A stretch of DNA of 63,806 bases, counting the filler. It is 8 parts of 8 records of this genome, joined end to end, with 100 filler letters (N's around TTAATTAATTAA, not from the genome) between each part and the next. Parts side by side here need not be neighbours in the genome. Positions count along the whole stretch, not along the records: positions 15,212 to 25,030 come from SRR31147125_97407; positions 25,131 to 31,686 come from SRR31147125_97619; 6 more parts are not named here. One strand, written 5' to 3'. The notes under the pieces were generated by a model that ran no database searches, was not told the origin of the DNA, and was given only the letters and a program-made list of their open reading frames with translations. A program made the position numbers and the translations under genes. This document shows positions 21,201 through 30,056 of the stretch, one piece after another (the first letter of the stretch is position 1; each line of letters starts with the position of its first letter).

Positions 21201-24200
21201 AATGCCTTCTGCTGTGGGCTTGGCGCGTGATTACCGGAAAGTACACGAAGTTCCTTGACCAAGAACTCCTGAATGAACCACGTGAGCCGTGGTATCAGGA
21301 ACAAGGGCCACGTATACCTTGAGAGGTTCATAGTCATGAGTTGAGTATTCATTCTTGTCTTCCTCAAATGAAACAGAGGCCCCAAGATCCTCCCATAGCT
21401 GAAACAAAGTGGGCAATGGGCACACACACACACACACACACCCGTGTGTATTGCACTGTTGTAGGTGTGCCCGCGTCGATGTACATGTGTCGCATGGCCC
21501 TGCAGTATGCCGCACGAATAGAAGGTGGAAGGGTATGATCAACAATGCAGCAAAGAAGATGTTCATATGTGAAGGTTGGGGAGAGAATCTCAAGACAAAC
21601 GCGATTGCGACCCTTCCACCACAAGGATTGAGGTGAAGGCAGGAGGGGGAGACAGGGACGTACCACACAAAGAGAGGCAACGAGGTCCACTGACCGCTCC
21701 CAGAACTTCTGAAGTTCGAGAGGAACAGTCTTGAAGAACGCAGACAGATGAACCCACTTCCCCGCGTCCACTTTCTTAATTTCTACGTGGTTATCCACAA
21801 ACTGAATCGATCGATGAAATAAGCAACCCTCCTTCCCCATCAGAATACACACGCACACGAGATTGAAGCATCAATTCCGGGTGATCCACAAATAACTGCC
21901 TACAGACAAACTACACACAGCACTGAGTCCGAGCAGCCGTATCTCCTTCTCCCCTTCGACAGACCTCTTGATTACCTGGGATGCCTACTGAATCGAATTT
22001 CACAATTGCTGAGAGGAGATTGAGATAGCTACGTGTGTGTTCTGTCTGTCAACACCCTCATCAAAGAACCAAACTCGGTGCGCACCGCGCCATCATGCCT
22101 CGTCGACGCAACAAATCGATGAAGAAATAGATATGTTCGTGGGTAATCGTGTCCAATATCATATGATTATCGCGGAATACCTCCAAGAGAGTGTCCACAA
22201 TTGACAAATTGTATCCCAACTACAGGAAACACCCGTCACGGCACACAAAGCATCACACACCCACATACCTGGCCTTGCATGAAATGCAAGTACTTGGAGA
22301 GTCGGGTGGCATTCTTCCGGTTCTTGCGAACCATTGCGCGAAGAAGTCGATATACCAGTTTCAGAAGATTGTGGACCAGTTCGCCTTTGGGTGTTCGCAA
22401 ACTGGTGATGTCCCATCCCCCACGCTCAAAGGGGTTGCGAAGGATGGCAATCAGAACTTCTACAACCTGGACAGAGCGCACGAGTCGGCCTCCAAACTAA
22501 GCTTACGAAATCCGGGAACGTACTCCTTGCTCCCTCAAAACGTTCTGACGTTTCTTAAGGGGAAGCCCTTCCCGTTTGAAAGGGTCGTGTTCTGTATCCA
22601 CGGAGCAGAACAGGACAAGATCCCCCAGAACGGATGTCACCCTCTTGACATCGAGAAACGGGACAACATCAGGATGGATCATCTGTAAAGGAACTATAAG
22701 CATGCACACCCTCCACACCTACAAGGCGTACCTTCTCAGCAAAAGGACGCAGAATAGACATAACCCCTGCAATGTAAAGCAGATCCTCCACCTCTGAGCG
22801 ATCGACTTGTGTTACTCCAAAGACGTCTGCATCGTGAGGCACAGAAATACACGACAACTCCATGTAACAACCAATCAGATAACCACGTGCCGCATGGAGT
22901 CCTACCATACCTGTTGAAATTTGACACGCCGTGTCATTGTGCTTCCCAATACCGGTAGATTCTCTCCTTCCGTCTCGTTTGCGTGGAGCCAGAATCCAGA
23001 CACGTTATGTTGAAGACGCACAAAGGACTCACTGGGAACATTTGGCTGGTGGAGGAAAGCGTGCGTTACAACATCAAAAAAAAAGGTCAATGGATTGCTC
23101 GCATTGCACACCGAGTCCACGGGCCCAATCGGATGAACTGAGAAGAGTGTTTCCTTGAATCGAAAGTCTGGGGTTGTCCCCACGGGCATTACCTTGGTTC
23201 CCATCTCCAAATCGTCTGCCAGGACACAACATCATACCCAGGAAAAAGCTTGCTTGCCTACCTTGAACATCGGAGGGATCCACAGTCAAGTAGCGATTTG
23301 TAGCGAGATTTCGAAGGCGATACAAGTGAGTCCACGACGCCAAACCTCCTCGTTCCACGGGATCGAGTTCCACTAACCACAACGTAGCAGAGGAAGGTTG
23401 TACGGTTCTCGCTCGTGAAGAAGCCGCAAGCCGCAAGCACACGGATGCTCCTACTCCTATCAATGCATAGACACATCGATCACATCCACGCACCTCCTTC
23501 ATTGCTGCCTTGTTCAGTTTCTCCGCTGTTGCAAATGCTCTCATAGGTGAGATAACCTTCTGCTTCTTTGTGAAAGAGTCTCACCACATCGCCACTCTGT
23601 ATTGCGCCGCAGGTTACGAGAGAATCGATCCCGTTCCATCCCCTCCCCTGCAGACCTTCAGAAAGGCTTCTTCCTCGCATGTGTACGGAGCAAATGGTGT
23701 AATACGCCAACTGGCTTGGGTAGCCGATCCATTGACCTCTCGTCGTCCGTCGTGGAAGGCAGTGCATGACAAGTGCAAGTACATGTTTGTAAACTTCTTA
23801 CTCATTAAGAAGACCTGATGGGGAGTGGTCGGTCACACGGGACAACACGAAACGGAATCCAACAAACAGCACACCTCATCCCCCTTTTGGATCTTGTCTC
23901 CTTCCTGACGCATCTTGTAGCGTGGGATGACAACAAAGGCGGATCCCTCCGTGCCATCGGGTTCCAAAGTTACGCGCAAGCAATCTCGTTCCAATGCCGC
24001 CGTGTCCTTTAATGTGATTGTTAAGAACTTGTTGCTTTTTTCATGAAGTAACTGGAGTCCACAAGGGATGAGACACCAGAGCCATTACACTCCCACCCAC
24101 GAGGACGTACCTGGATCGTTTGACCGAATGTTACCTCCTTTCCTGCAACACGAAGAAATTCAGCCTGATTCATCTCACGTTCTTGGACATCGTCGGCCTG

Positions 24201-24783
24201 GATACCGTCATTTCATTAAGAGAAAGGAACAGGCCTGCCCAACGCCACACACGTGAAGGTCTTCCATGGAATCTTCCTCGCCCTGATCCGATTGGAGAGC
24301 ACCGATTCGAGTTTGGTGCATGGTTTTCTCCAGTGCTTCCTTGTAGGCGATCTGGGCGTCATAGCTGTATTGGGGCGTCACACGAAAGACACAATCTACA
24401 CGAAAGACTCAGTTTGGCTGGGCAACACCCAACAACGCCCAACAACGCACCAGAGAAGCAGGGAGGTTGATTTGCATCGACAAGACGAGGAACAACACAT
24501 CGGGTATCCGCGAAGCTGTGTAAAAGTGACTCCCAATAGGGTGGTTGTCATCCATCCACACCCACCCTTCCGAGGTGACATATCCAGCTCCTTCGTCGGT
24601 GAACAGAGACACCTTGTCTCCGTACTCAAGGTACAGAACCTGCGTTGTTGCACTCAGACGTTCCAGGAACACAATGACCTCACCTCAGCGATGGGATTTG
24701 TGGGTTCTGCCGTCCACGATTGTGTACCTCTCATCCGCATCTTCACCCCTGCTAGCACGGTGTACCATGCTGCCGAGGACATT
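15260..24783 (-). CDS. ITPR: Eukaryotic inositol 1,4,5-trisphosphate receptor-type Ca2+ release channel; multi-exon, 3' end truncated
   Basis: Spliced exons give IP3R motifs in the expected order: YLEYGDKVSLF...DTRCVV...DCVFRVTPQYSY; GDVVRLFHKE; LWLVE...LYRLRNLATNRYL (MIR); KRQNVLREQG; EIKCQAMLSL; RFLQLLCEGHN; TLTEYCQG; LRSGGGLGD; FDLSFFVIVIVILLNIIFGIIIDSFAELREKK...RCFIC. GT-AG introns checked by hand. The start ATG at 24783 is tentative. Confidence 0.95.
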
Positions 24784-24800
24784 GTGTAGGGCATATGATG

Positions 24801-24890
24801 GGTCTTGATTGAGTTTGATTGAGTTTGATTGAGTTTGATTGTACTTGATTGGGTTTGATTGCACTTGATTGCACTTGATTGTACTTGATT
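24801..24890. repeat. 10-bp minisatellite, 9 units, consensus GNNYTTGATT
   Basis: GGTCTTGATT, GAGTTTGATT x3, GTACTTGATT, GGGTTTGATT, GCACTTGATT x2, GTACTTGATT. Confidence 0.95.
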
Positions 24891-25130
24891 CAAAGTGGCG
24901 CGAACCATACATACCATTCCCATTCCCCCTTCAACAGAAATGGAGGGCGACCTCATCGTGCCAGAGGGATGTGTGAACAAAGGACAACAAGGAAAGAGGG
25001 CACGGGTAGAGGCTGGGCCACCCACTACATNNNNNNNNNNNNNNNNNNNNNNNNNNNNNNNNNNNNNNNNNNNNTTAATTAATTAANNNNNNNNNNNNNN
25101 NNNNNNNNNNNNNNNNNNNNNNNNNNNNNN

Positions 25131-25983
25131 GAAGTCTCAGGATGCCGACAGCCTGACCGGCGGTCTGACCCGAGTAACAGTGTACAACAACCTGCTTATC
25201 CATGGGGATTACAGACTCAAACTGTTCCTGCATTCCTTTAGCCCAGGGGATAAGAGCAGCACCTTCAATATGTCCTGCATCATAAGCATCCTGCTGTCTG
25301 ATGGAGAGGACAAATATATCTTCTTCGGCATCCAGAGCTTCCTTGACCTTGCTCGCGGGCCAGATGTTGCTTCCCTTTTCAGGGATGGCGTTGAAGTAGG
25401 CTTCGACGGCGGCCTTGATGGCGGGGTCATATTTAACACCGGAAGCATCGGGGGCCATGGTTACGGCAGTTTCTTCGTAGGCTTCGTAGCCTTCAACCTT
25501 GGAAACACCCAGTTTGTACCCGTACCGGATGGAGCTGGCTTCAATACCGGCAACATTAAGAAGTGCAACCGTCTGACCGGCGGTCTGACCGGAGTAGCAG
25601 GTTACGTATACGGGAACATCATCGGGAAGCCAGTTAAGGGCGTCGGCGACTTCTGGACCCCAGTAGGCGTTTACGGAGCCTTTAATGTGTCCGGCGGCGT
25701 AGTCTTCAGCTTTTCTGATGTCGAGGATGAACATATCCTCACCGGCATCCATCTTGGCAAAAACGTCTTCGGGTTTGATGATCCTGTTTCCGGGAAAATC
25801 GGCGAAGTAGGCCAGGGCGGCTTCTTCAACGGGATCGACGGTTACTGCAGGTGCAGCCTCTTCGGCCTTTTCGGCGGGAGCGGCGGCTGCAGGAGCCGCT
25901 TCTTCCTTTGAACATCCGGTGAGCATAAGCCCGGGGATGAGGAAGAGAACAAGCAAAATCGAAATAACACTGAGTTTTCTCAT
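25131..25983 (-). CDS. Multi-rhodanese-domain lipoprotein (3'-truncated)
   Basis: Lipobox LMLTGC, Ala-rich tether, two rhodanese domains each with a CYSGQTA active-site loop. Confidence 0.85.
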
Positions 25984-26019
25984 CTATAATCTCCTTTTAT
26001 AGTGTGGATAAAAAAAATC

Positions 26020-26070
26020 TGACGAAAGACAGACTCACGTAATGATTACAAGATAACTTATCTTTCGTCA
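26020..26070 (-). promoter_or_regulatory. Intergenic inverted repeat with internal palindrome; terminator/attenuator or operator
   Basis: TGACGAAAGA...TCTTTCGTCA perfect 10-bp IR followed by a T-run on the minus strand; AAGATAA-C-TTATCTT palindrome at 26050-26064. Confidence 0.5.
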
Positions 26071-26083
26071 ATCATTTAATTAA

Positions 26084-27007
26084 TTAAGATGCGTCTTCCA
26101 CCTGGATCTGAATCTGACCGGGCACTTCCGGTTTATAGACAGGCAGTGAGGAATCGGCACTCCATTCAAGCCAGGCACCGTCATAGATCTTCAGATTACG
26201 GTATCCGGCATTGTAGAGGGCGGTATAGGTCTGGGCGGCTCGGATGGAGCTTTTACAGAACATGATAACCGTGTCCTCGGGCATGATATCGTTCTCTTTG
26301 TAGAGAATACGGATATGCTGAACAGGTTTGTACGTGCCATCGAGAAAATTATTTTCCAGGTATTCAATATGAATTGCCCCGGGGATGGTTCCCGCGTTGT
26401 ACTCCTCATCGCTACGGACATCAATAATAACCAGGTCATCGGACGGATTGTTAATCCAGTTGAGGATCTCGTTTTTGCCCGTAATCAGCTCAGGGTTCGA
26501 AGGCTGGGGGACGTAGGAGGCTTTGGAAGCACTCATGCTCCCGGTTGTGATTTCAGAACCGAGCTCTTTTAAGGCGGAAAGACCGCCTGAGACAACTTTG
26601 ATTTCACCCGTGTGACCGTAGATCATCAAGGTCCACGCCAATCTTCCTGAATCCATATTGTTGTTGTCATCGTAGATGATCAGATTGGAATCGGCTGTGA
26701 TCCCGGCGTTTCCGGCTGCTTCGGCGACAACTTCGCCGGGAGCCAGAGAGTTGGCCACTGGAACCTTTACGGTAATATGGGCCCTTTGTATGTTGACCGC
26801 TCCGGCAAGGTGCTCTTTCTCGTAGGAGGTGGTTTTCTGGGCGTCCAGAATAACCCAACTGCCTTCTCCGGCGAGTTTAAGAGCTTCTTTGGCCGAGACG
26901 ATAAGGGTATCGGAATCGGCGTACTTACCGTTGCCGCAGCCCGGCAGTACCAGGACAGCGGCAATCACTAAAACAGTCAACCAGATAGAAGCTGTTTTCA
27001 TTTTCAT
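26084..27007 (-). CDS. Tandem-domain sulfurtransferase (TST/SseA-like) lipoprotein
   Basis: Lipobox LVLPGC; GTIPGA; active loop CKSSIRA; rhodanese C-terminal signature YDGAWLEW. Confidence 0.9.
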   Translation of the reverse strand: MKMKTASIWLTVLVIAAVLVLPGCGNGKYADSDTLIVSAKEALKLAGEGSWVILDAQKTTSYEKEHLAGAVNIQRAHITVKVPVANSLAPGEVVAEAAGNAGITADSNLIIYDDNNNMDSGRLAWTLMIYGHTGEIKVVSGGLSALKELGSEITTGSMSASKASYVPQPSNPELITGKNEILNWINNPSDDLVIIDVRSDEEYNAGTIPGAIHIEYLENNFLDGTYKPVQHIRILYKENDIMPEDTVIMFCKSSIRAAQTYTALYNAGYRNLKIYDGAWLEWSADSSLPVYKPEVPGQIQIQVEDAS

Positions 27008-27024
27008 TAAAAGCTTACCTCAAA

Positions 27025-28272
27025 TTAATGTTCACAGCTGCAGTCTTCGATGCCGAGGGCTTCGCAGACTTTCTTGCAGGTGAAACTGTCTTCAAAGGTT
27101 TTAACAATCTCTCCGTCTTTGATGACGGCGAGGGTGGGTACACGGTGGATGTGCATCCTGTTAGAAATACCTTTCGATTTGTATACATCGACTCTTGTCA
27201 CCTGGAACTTTCCAGCGGCCTGTCTCTCGATCTCGTCGATATCACAGAGGTGCTCACGACAGGCTTCTTCAGAAGCATCGTAAACGAATACCACACCGTC
27301 TTTGCCCAGGATCTGGTTATTATAAACCTCGATTTCGGCAATGTATCTTTCAGCGGCAACACCGGCAACGGCGCCGTCACCGACAGCAGTAGCAACCTGT
27401 CGAAGGATTTTAGCTGTCACGTCACCAGCTGCGTATACACCTTCAACATTTGTTTCCATGTTTACATTGACGGGAATATATCCTTTGGGGCCAACGATAA
27501 CATGATCTTCGAAGATTTCGGTGTTCGGGATATAACCGATGAACTCAAAACATGTGGGGGTTACGACGGGAATTTCTTCCTTGGTATTCACATTTTCAAG
27601 AACAACCCTTTCCAGGTGATCTGTTCCTTCGAACCGTCTGACCATAGAGTTCCAGATGAATTCCATCTTGGGGTTAGAGAGGGCTTCCGCTTTGGCGATT
27701 TCGTTGCAATCCATTTTTCCCTCATCGTGGATGACGGAAACGTAAACCTTATTAGCGAACTTGGTCAGGAACATTCCTTCTTCAATCGCAGCATCACCCG
27801 AACCGATGATAAGAACATCCTTGCCGCTGTTTGCTGCGGCGTCACAGGTGGCGCAGAAGGAGATACCTTTATCAAAAAGGAATCCTTCCTCGTTTTCCGC
27901 ACCCGTTGTCCTGGGGCGTCCGCCGGAAGCGATGATGACCGCTTTGGCTTTGTAAATATTCCGGAAGGTTTCCACAATTTTTGTGTCTCCGGTGAAATCG
28001 ACGGTTTTCACATCGGTTCCCTTGAACTTGACACCAAACTTCTTGGCCTGAGCCTGGAACAGGTTCATCAGGTCAAGACCGCTGGTTCCTTCGGGAAAAC
28101 CGGGAAAGTTTTCGATCTCATTGGTATAGGTGGCAAGACCTCCTACCAATGCTTTTTCTATCAGCAAGGTATTAAGTCTTGCTCGTCCGCAGTAAATTCC
28201 GGCGGTGAGACCTGCAACCCCTCCACCGATGATCACTACATCATATTCTTCAATCTTCTTTTCTCTAGCCAT
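27025..28272 (-). CDS. trxB: Thioredoxin reductase-like flavoprotein with C-terminal thioredoxin-like domain
   Basis: GGGVAG FAD motif, CATC, GSGDAA, GVYAAGD. Likely start is MAREKK at 28272; about 100-aa extension ending CSCEH. Confidence 0.85.
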   Translation of the reverse strand: MAREKKIEEYDVVIIGGGVAGLTAGIYCGRARLNTLLIEKALVGGLATYTNEIENFPGFPEGTSGLDLMNLFQAQAKKFGVKFKGTDVKTVDFTGDTKIVETFRNIYKAKAVIIASGGRPRTTGAENEEGFLFDKGISFCATCDAAANSGKDVLIIGSGDAAIEEGMFLTKFANKVYVSVIHDEGKMDCNEIAKAEALSNPKMEFIWNSMVRRFEGTDHLERVVLENVNTKEEIPVVTPTCFEFIGYIPNTEIFEDHVIVGPKGYIPVNVNMETNVEGVYAAGDVTAKILRQVATAVGDGAVAGVAAERYIAEIEVYNNQILGKDGVVFVYDASEEACREHLCDIDEIERQAAGKFQVTRVDVYKSKGISNRMHIHRVPTLAVIKDGEIVKTFEDSFTCKKVCEALGIEDCSCEH

Positions 28273-28288
28273 TATCTTTCCTTCGTTC

Positions 28289-28822
28289 CTACATGAAGAA
28301 TTTAACCAGGAGTTTGCTTCCCACGTAGGCGCCAAGAAAGAGGAAGACCGCATAGACCCAGCCCGAAACGGACAGAGAAGCGATTCCACTGAAAAGAGCG
28401 CCGATGTTACAGCCGAATCCGATTCTGGCGCCGTAACCCATGAGTAATCCGCCAAGAACGGCGGCAACAATCTGTTTTCCTGATTTGATCTTCTTAATCT
28501 TGAACTGAGATGCCATCAGTGTGGCAAAGAGAGCTCCCAAAATCAGCCCTACATTCCTCATGGTGCCCGGGTGGCGGAGGAATCCGGCATCAAGGGTAGC
28601 CTGAGCTCCGGGAGAGGAGAAGTAGTACCATTTGTCTACGCTTCCACCCACGAGCTCGTAAAGCCAGGCTCCCCAGTTCGCCAGTACTCCGGATACACCC
28701 CAGGGGCTGCCGGTGGAGGCAAGGGTAAATATCTGAAAAATGGAAAGGAGAACCGCACCTGTAACATAGGGCCAGGCGTCCTTAAACCATTTCAGATAAA
28801 ATTTGTTTTTTTTCAGCTCCAT
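28289..28822 (-). CDS. YeeE/YedE sulfur-compound transporter, C-terminal half
   Basis: PWGVS and GGLLMGYGARIGFGCNIG motifs. Confidence 0.9.
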   Translation of the reverse strand: MELKKNKFYLKWFKDAWPYVTGAVLLSIFQIFTLASTGSPWGVSGVLANWGAWLYELVGGSVDKWYYFSSPGAQATLDAGFLRHPGTMRNVGLILGALFATLMASQFKIKKIKSGKQIVAAVLGGLLMGYGARIGFGCNIGALFSGIASLSVSGWVYAVFLFLGAYVGSKLLVKFFM

Positions 28823-28833
28823 GATTGTTTCCG

Positions 28834-29061
28834 TTATTTAACCTTTTCGACGATAACTTCCCATTCGCCGTCATCAACTTCTTCCAGCTCTACATTGTGA
28901 CCTTCTTTCCGGGCCCACTCAGGAACATTTTTCATCGCGCAGCTATGGTCAATCTGAATAATAAGAATGTCACCAATTGCGAGTTCTTTCAGTTTTTCTT
29001 CCGCCTTAACCAGGGGGATAGGACAAGCTTCTCCTAAGCAATCAAGTTCAAATTCTGCCAT
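28834..29061 (-). CDS. TusA/YeeD-family sulfur carrier
   Basis: 75 aa, LDCLGEACPIP (CPxP motif). Confidence 0.95.
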   Translation of the reverse strand: MAEFELDCLGEACPIPLVKAEEKLKELAIGDILIIQIDHSCAMKNVPEWARKEGHNVELEEVDDGEWEVIVEKVK

Positions 29062-29096
29062 TGTATTATCTCCTTAAAAATTAGTTTAGTACAGGA

Positions 29097-29801
29097 TTAA
29101 GCGTCTTCGCTTTTCCTGTTTTCCCACTTATCCGCCGCAATAAAAAGGCAGGCAATGATAAGCAGCTGTACAACAATCGCGCCGCCCCATCCCAATACAT
29201 CGGGCATGAATACGGCTTTACCATTTGAAATAACATTAAGTTTCCACCATCCGAAATCGTGTGCACCCCAAAGGGATCCGATTACGAAGAAGAGGAGTGA
29301 GAGAATCTGCATGATAAATCCCTCTCCAACTCTCATCAGTGTACCGGAAGCACATCCGCCGGCGATAACCATACCAATACCGAAAATAAAAGATCCGATA
29401 ATGGTTGCAAAGCTTACGGGTACCACGTATGACTGACCCGGAATTGGAAGTCCCTTGATATGCGCTCCGTACTTGATTGCCCAGAAACCCAAAGAAGTTA
29501 TCGCAAAGGCAATGAGGACGGCACGCGTTACTGTAGTACTGCCGGTCAGTGAAGGATCACGCATACTGGCGGTGAAACAAAACCGGGATCTCTGCAGGAT
29601 AAATCCGAAGACTATTCCTGTAAACCAGAACAGCCCGAGTTTCTGATCCACGACGCCGAGCACCACGCCGAGAATGATGAGAACTACCCCGAGGGCTATA
29701 CCCACAGGTGTTAAATTCTTTTTCTTTTTTCTCTTTCGGGTACTGCGCGACGAACGCTGGATACCTCCAGAACCGGTAGCCGGTGTTGGAGCATCACTCA
29801 T
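29097..29801 (-). CDS. YeeE/YedE sulfur-compound transporter, N-terminal half
   Basis: LQRSRFCF and FGIGMVIAGGCASGTL motifs. Confidence 0.9.
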   Translation of the reverse strand: MSDAPTPATGSGGIQRSSRSTRKRKKKKNLTPVGIALGVVLIILGVVLGVVDQKLGLFWFTGIVFGFILQRSRFCFTASMRDPSLTGSTTVTRAVLIAFAITSLGFWAIKYGAHIKGLPIPGQSYVVPVSFATIIGSFIFGIGMVIAGGCASGTLMRVGEGFIMQILSLLFFVIGSLWGAHDFGWWKLNVISNGKAVFMPDVLGWGGAIVVQLLIIACLFIAADKWENRKSEDA

Positions 29802-30056
29802 ATTTAACTACCCCCTTATAGTTATGATTTTCAATTGGAATTATAAACGCGGTAATTATAAAAATCAACACATATCGATATAGCTTTATTGAAAAAGATC
29901 AATATTCGGGATAATGAATAATGAATAAAGTCAATATATTTGTGAACATATTCTTACTGAAAAGGTAGGGATTGGCGAGGGGCTGTAAATTTTCTCAACA
30001 GTTGATAAACTTAAAAAAGTTTACCAAGACTGCTGTTTCTGTAATAATAAAAGGTA

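Noticed and set aside
21421-21441. (CA)n microsatellites (also 15447-15461)
   Set aside because: Ordinary GT-rich intron sequence in the IP3R gene.
24801-24890. Repeat array as a CRISPR
   Set aside because: 10-bp head-to-tail units with no spacers, no cas genes, on a eukaryotic contig.
15211-25030. Many short ORFs as phage or small-protein genes, or a bacterial IP3R acquired by transfer
   Set aside because: They are explained as exons and shadows of one spliced gene, and the contig is not physically joined to bacterial DNA.
26076-26087. TTAATTAATTAA without Ns inside contig 4
   Set aside because: It includes the sulfurtransferase stop codon in an AT-rich gap, and related genes continue on both sides, so it is probably coincidence.
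25131-29801. Selenocysteine recoding in the sulfur-relay genes
   Set aside because: The active-site positions are Cys codons in open frames and the complete genes end in TAA; no in-frame TGA is needed.
29940-29957. Rex-like operator TTGTGAA-CATA-TTCTTAC
   Set aside because: Only the left half matches well, in AT-rich DNA; too weak to call.
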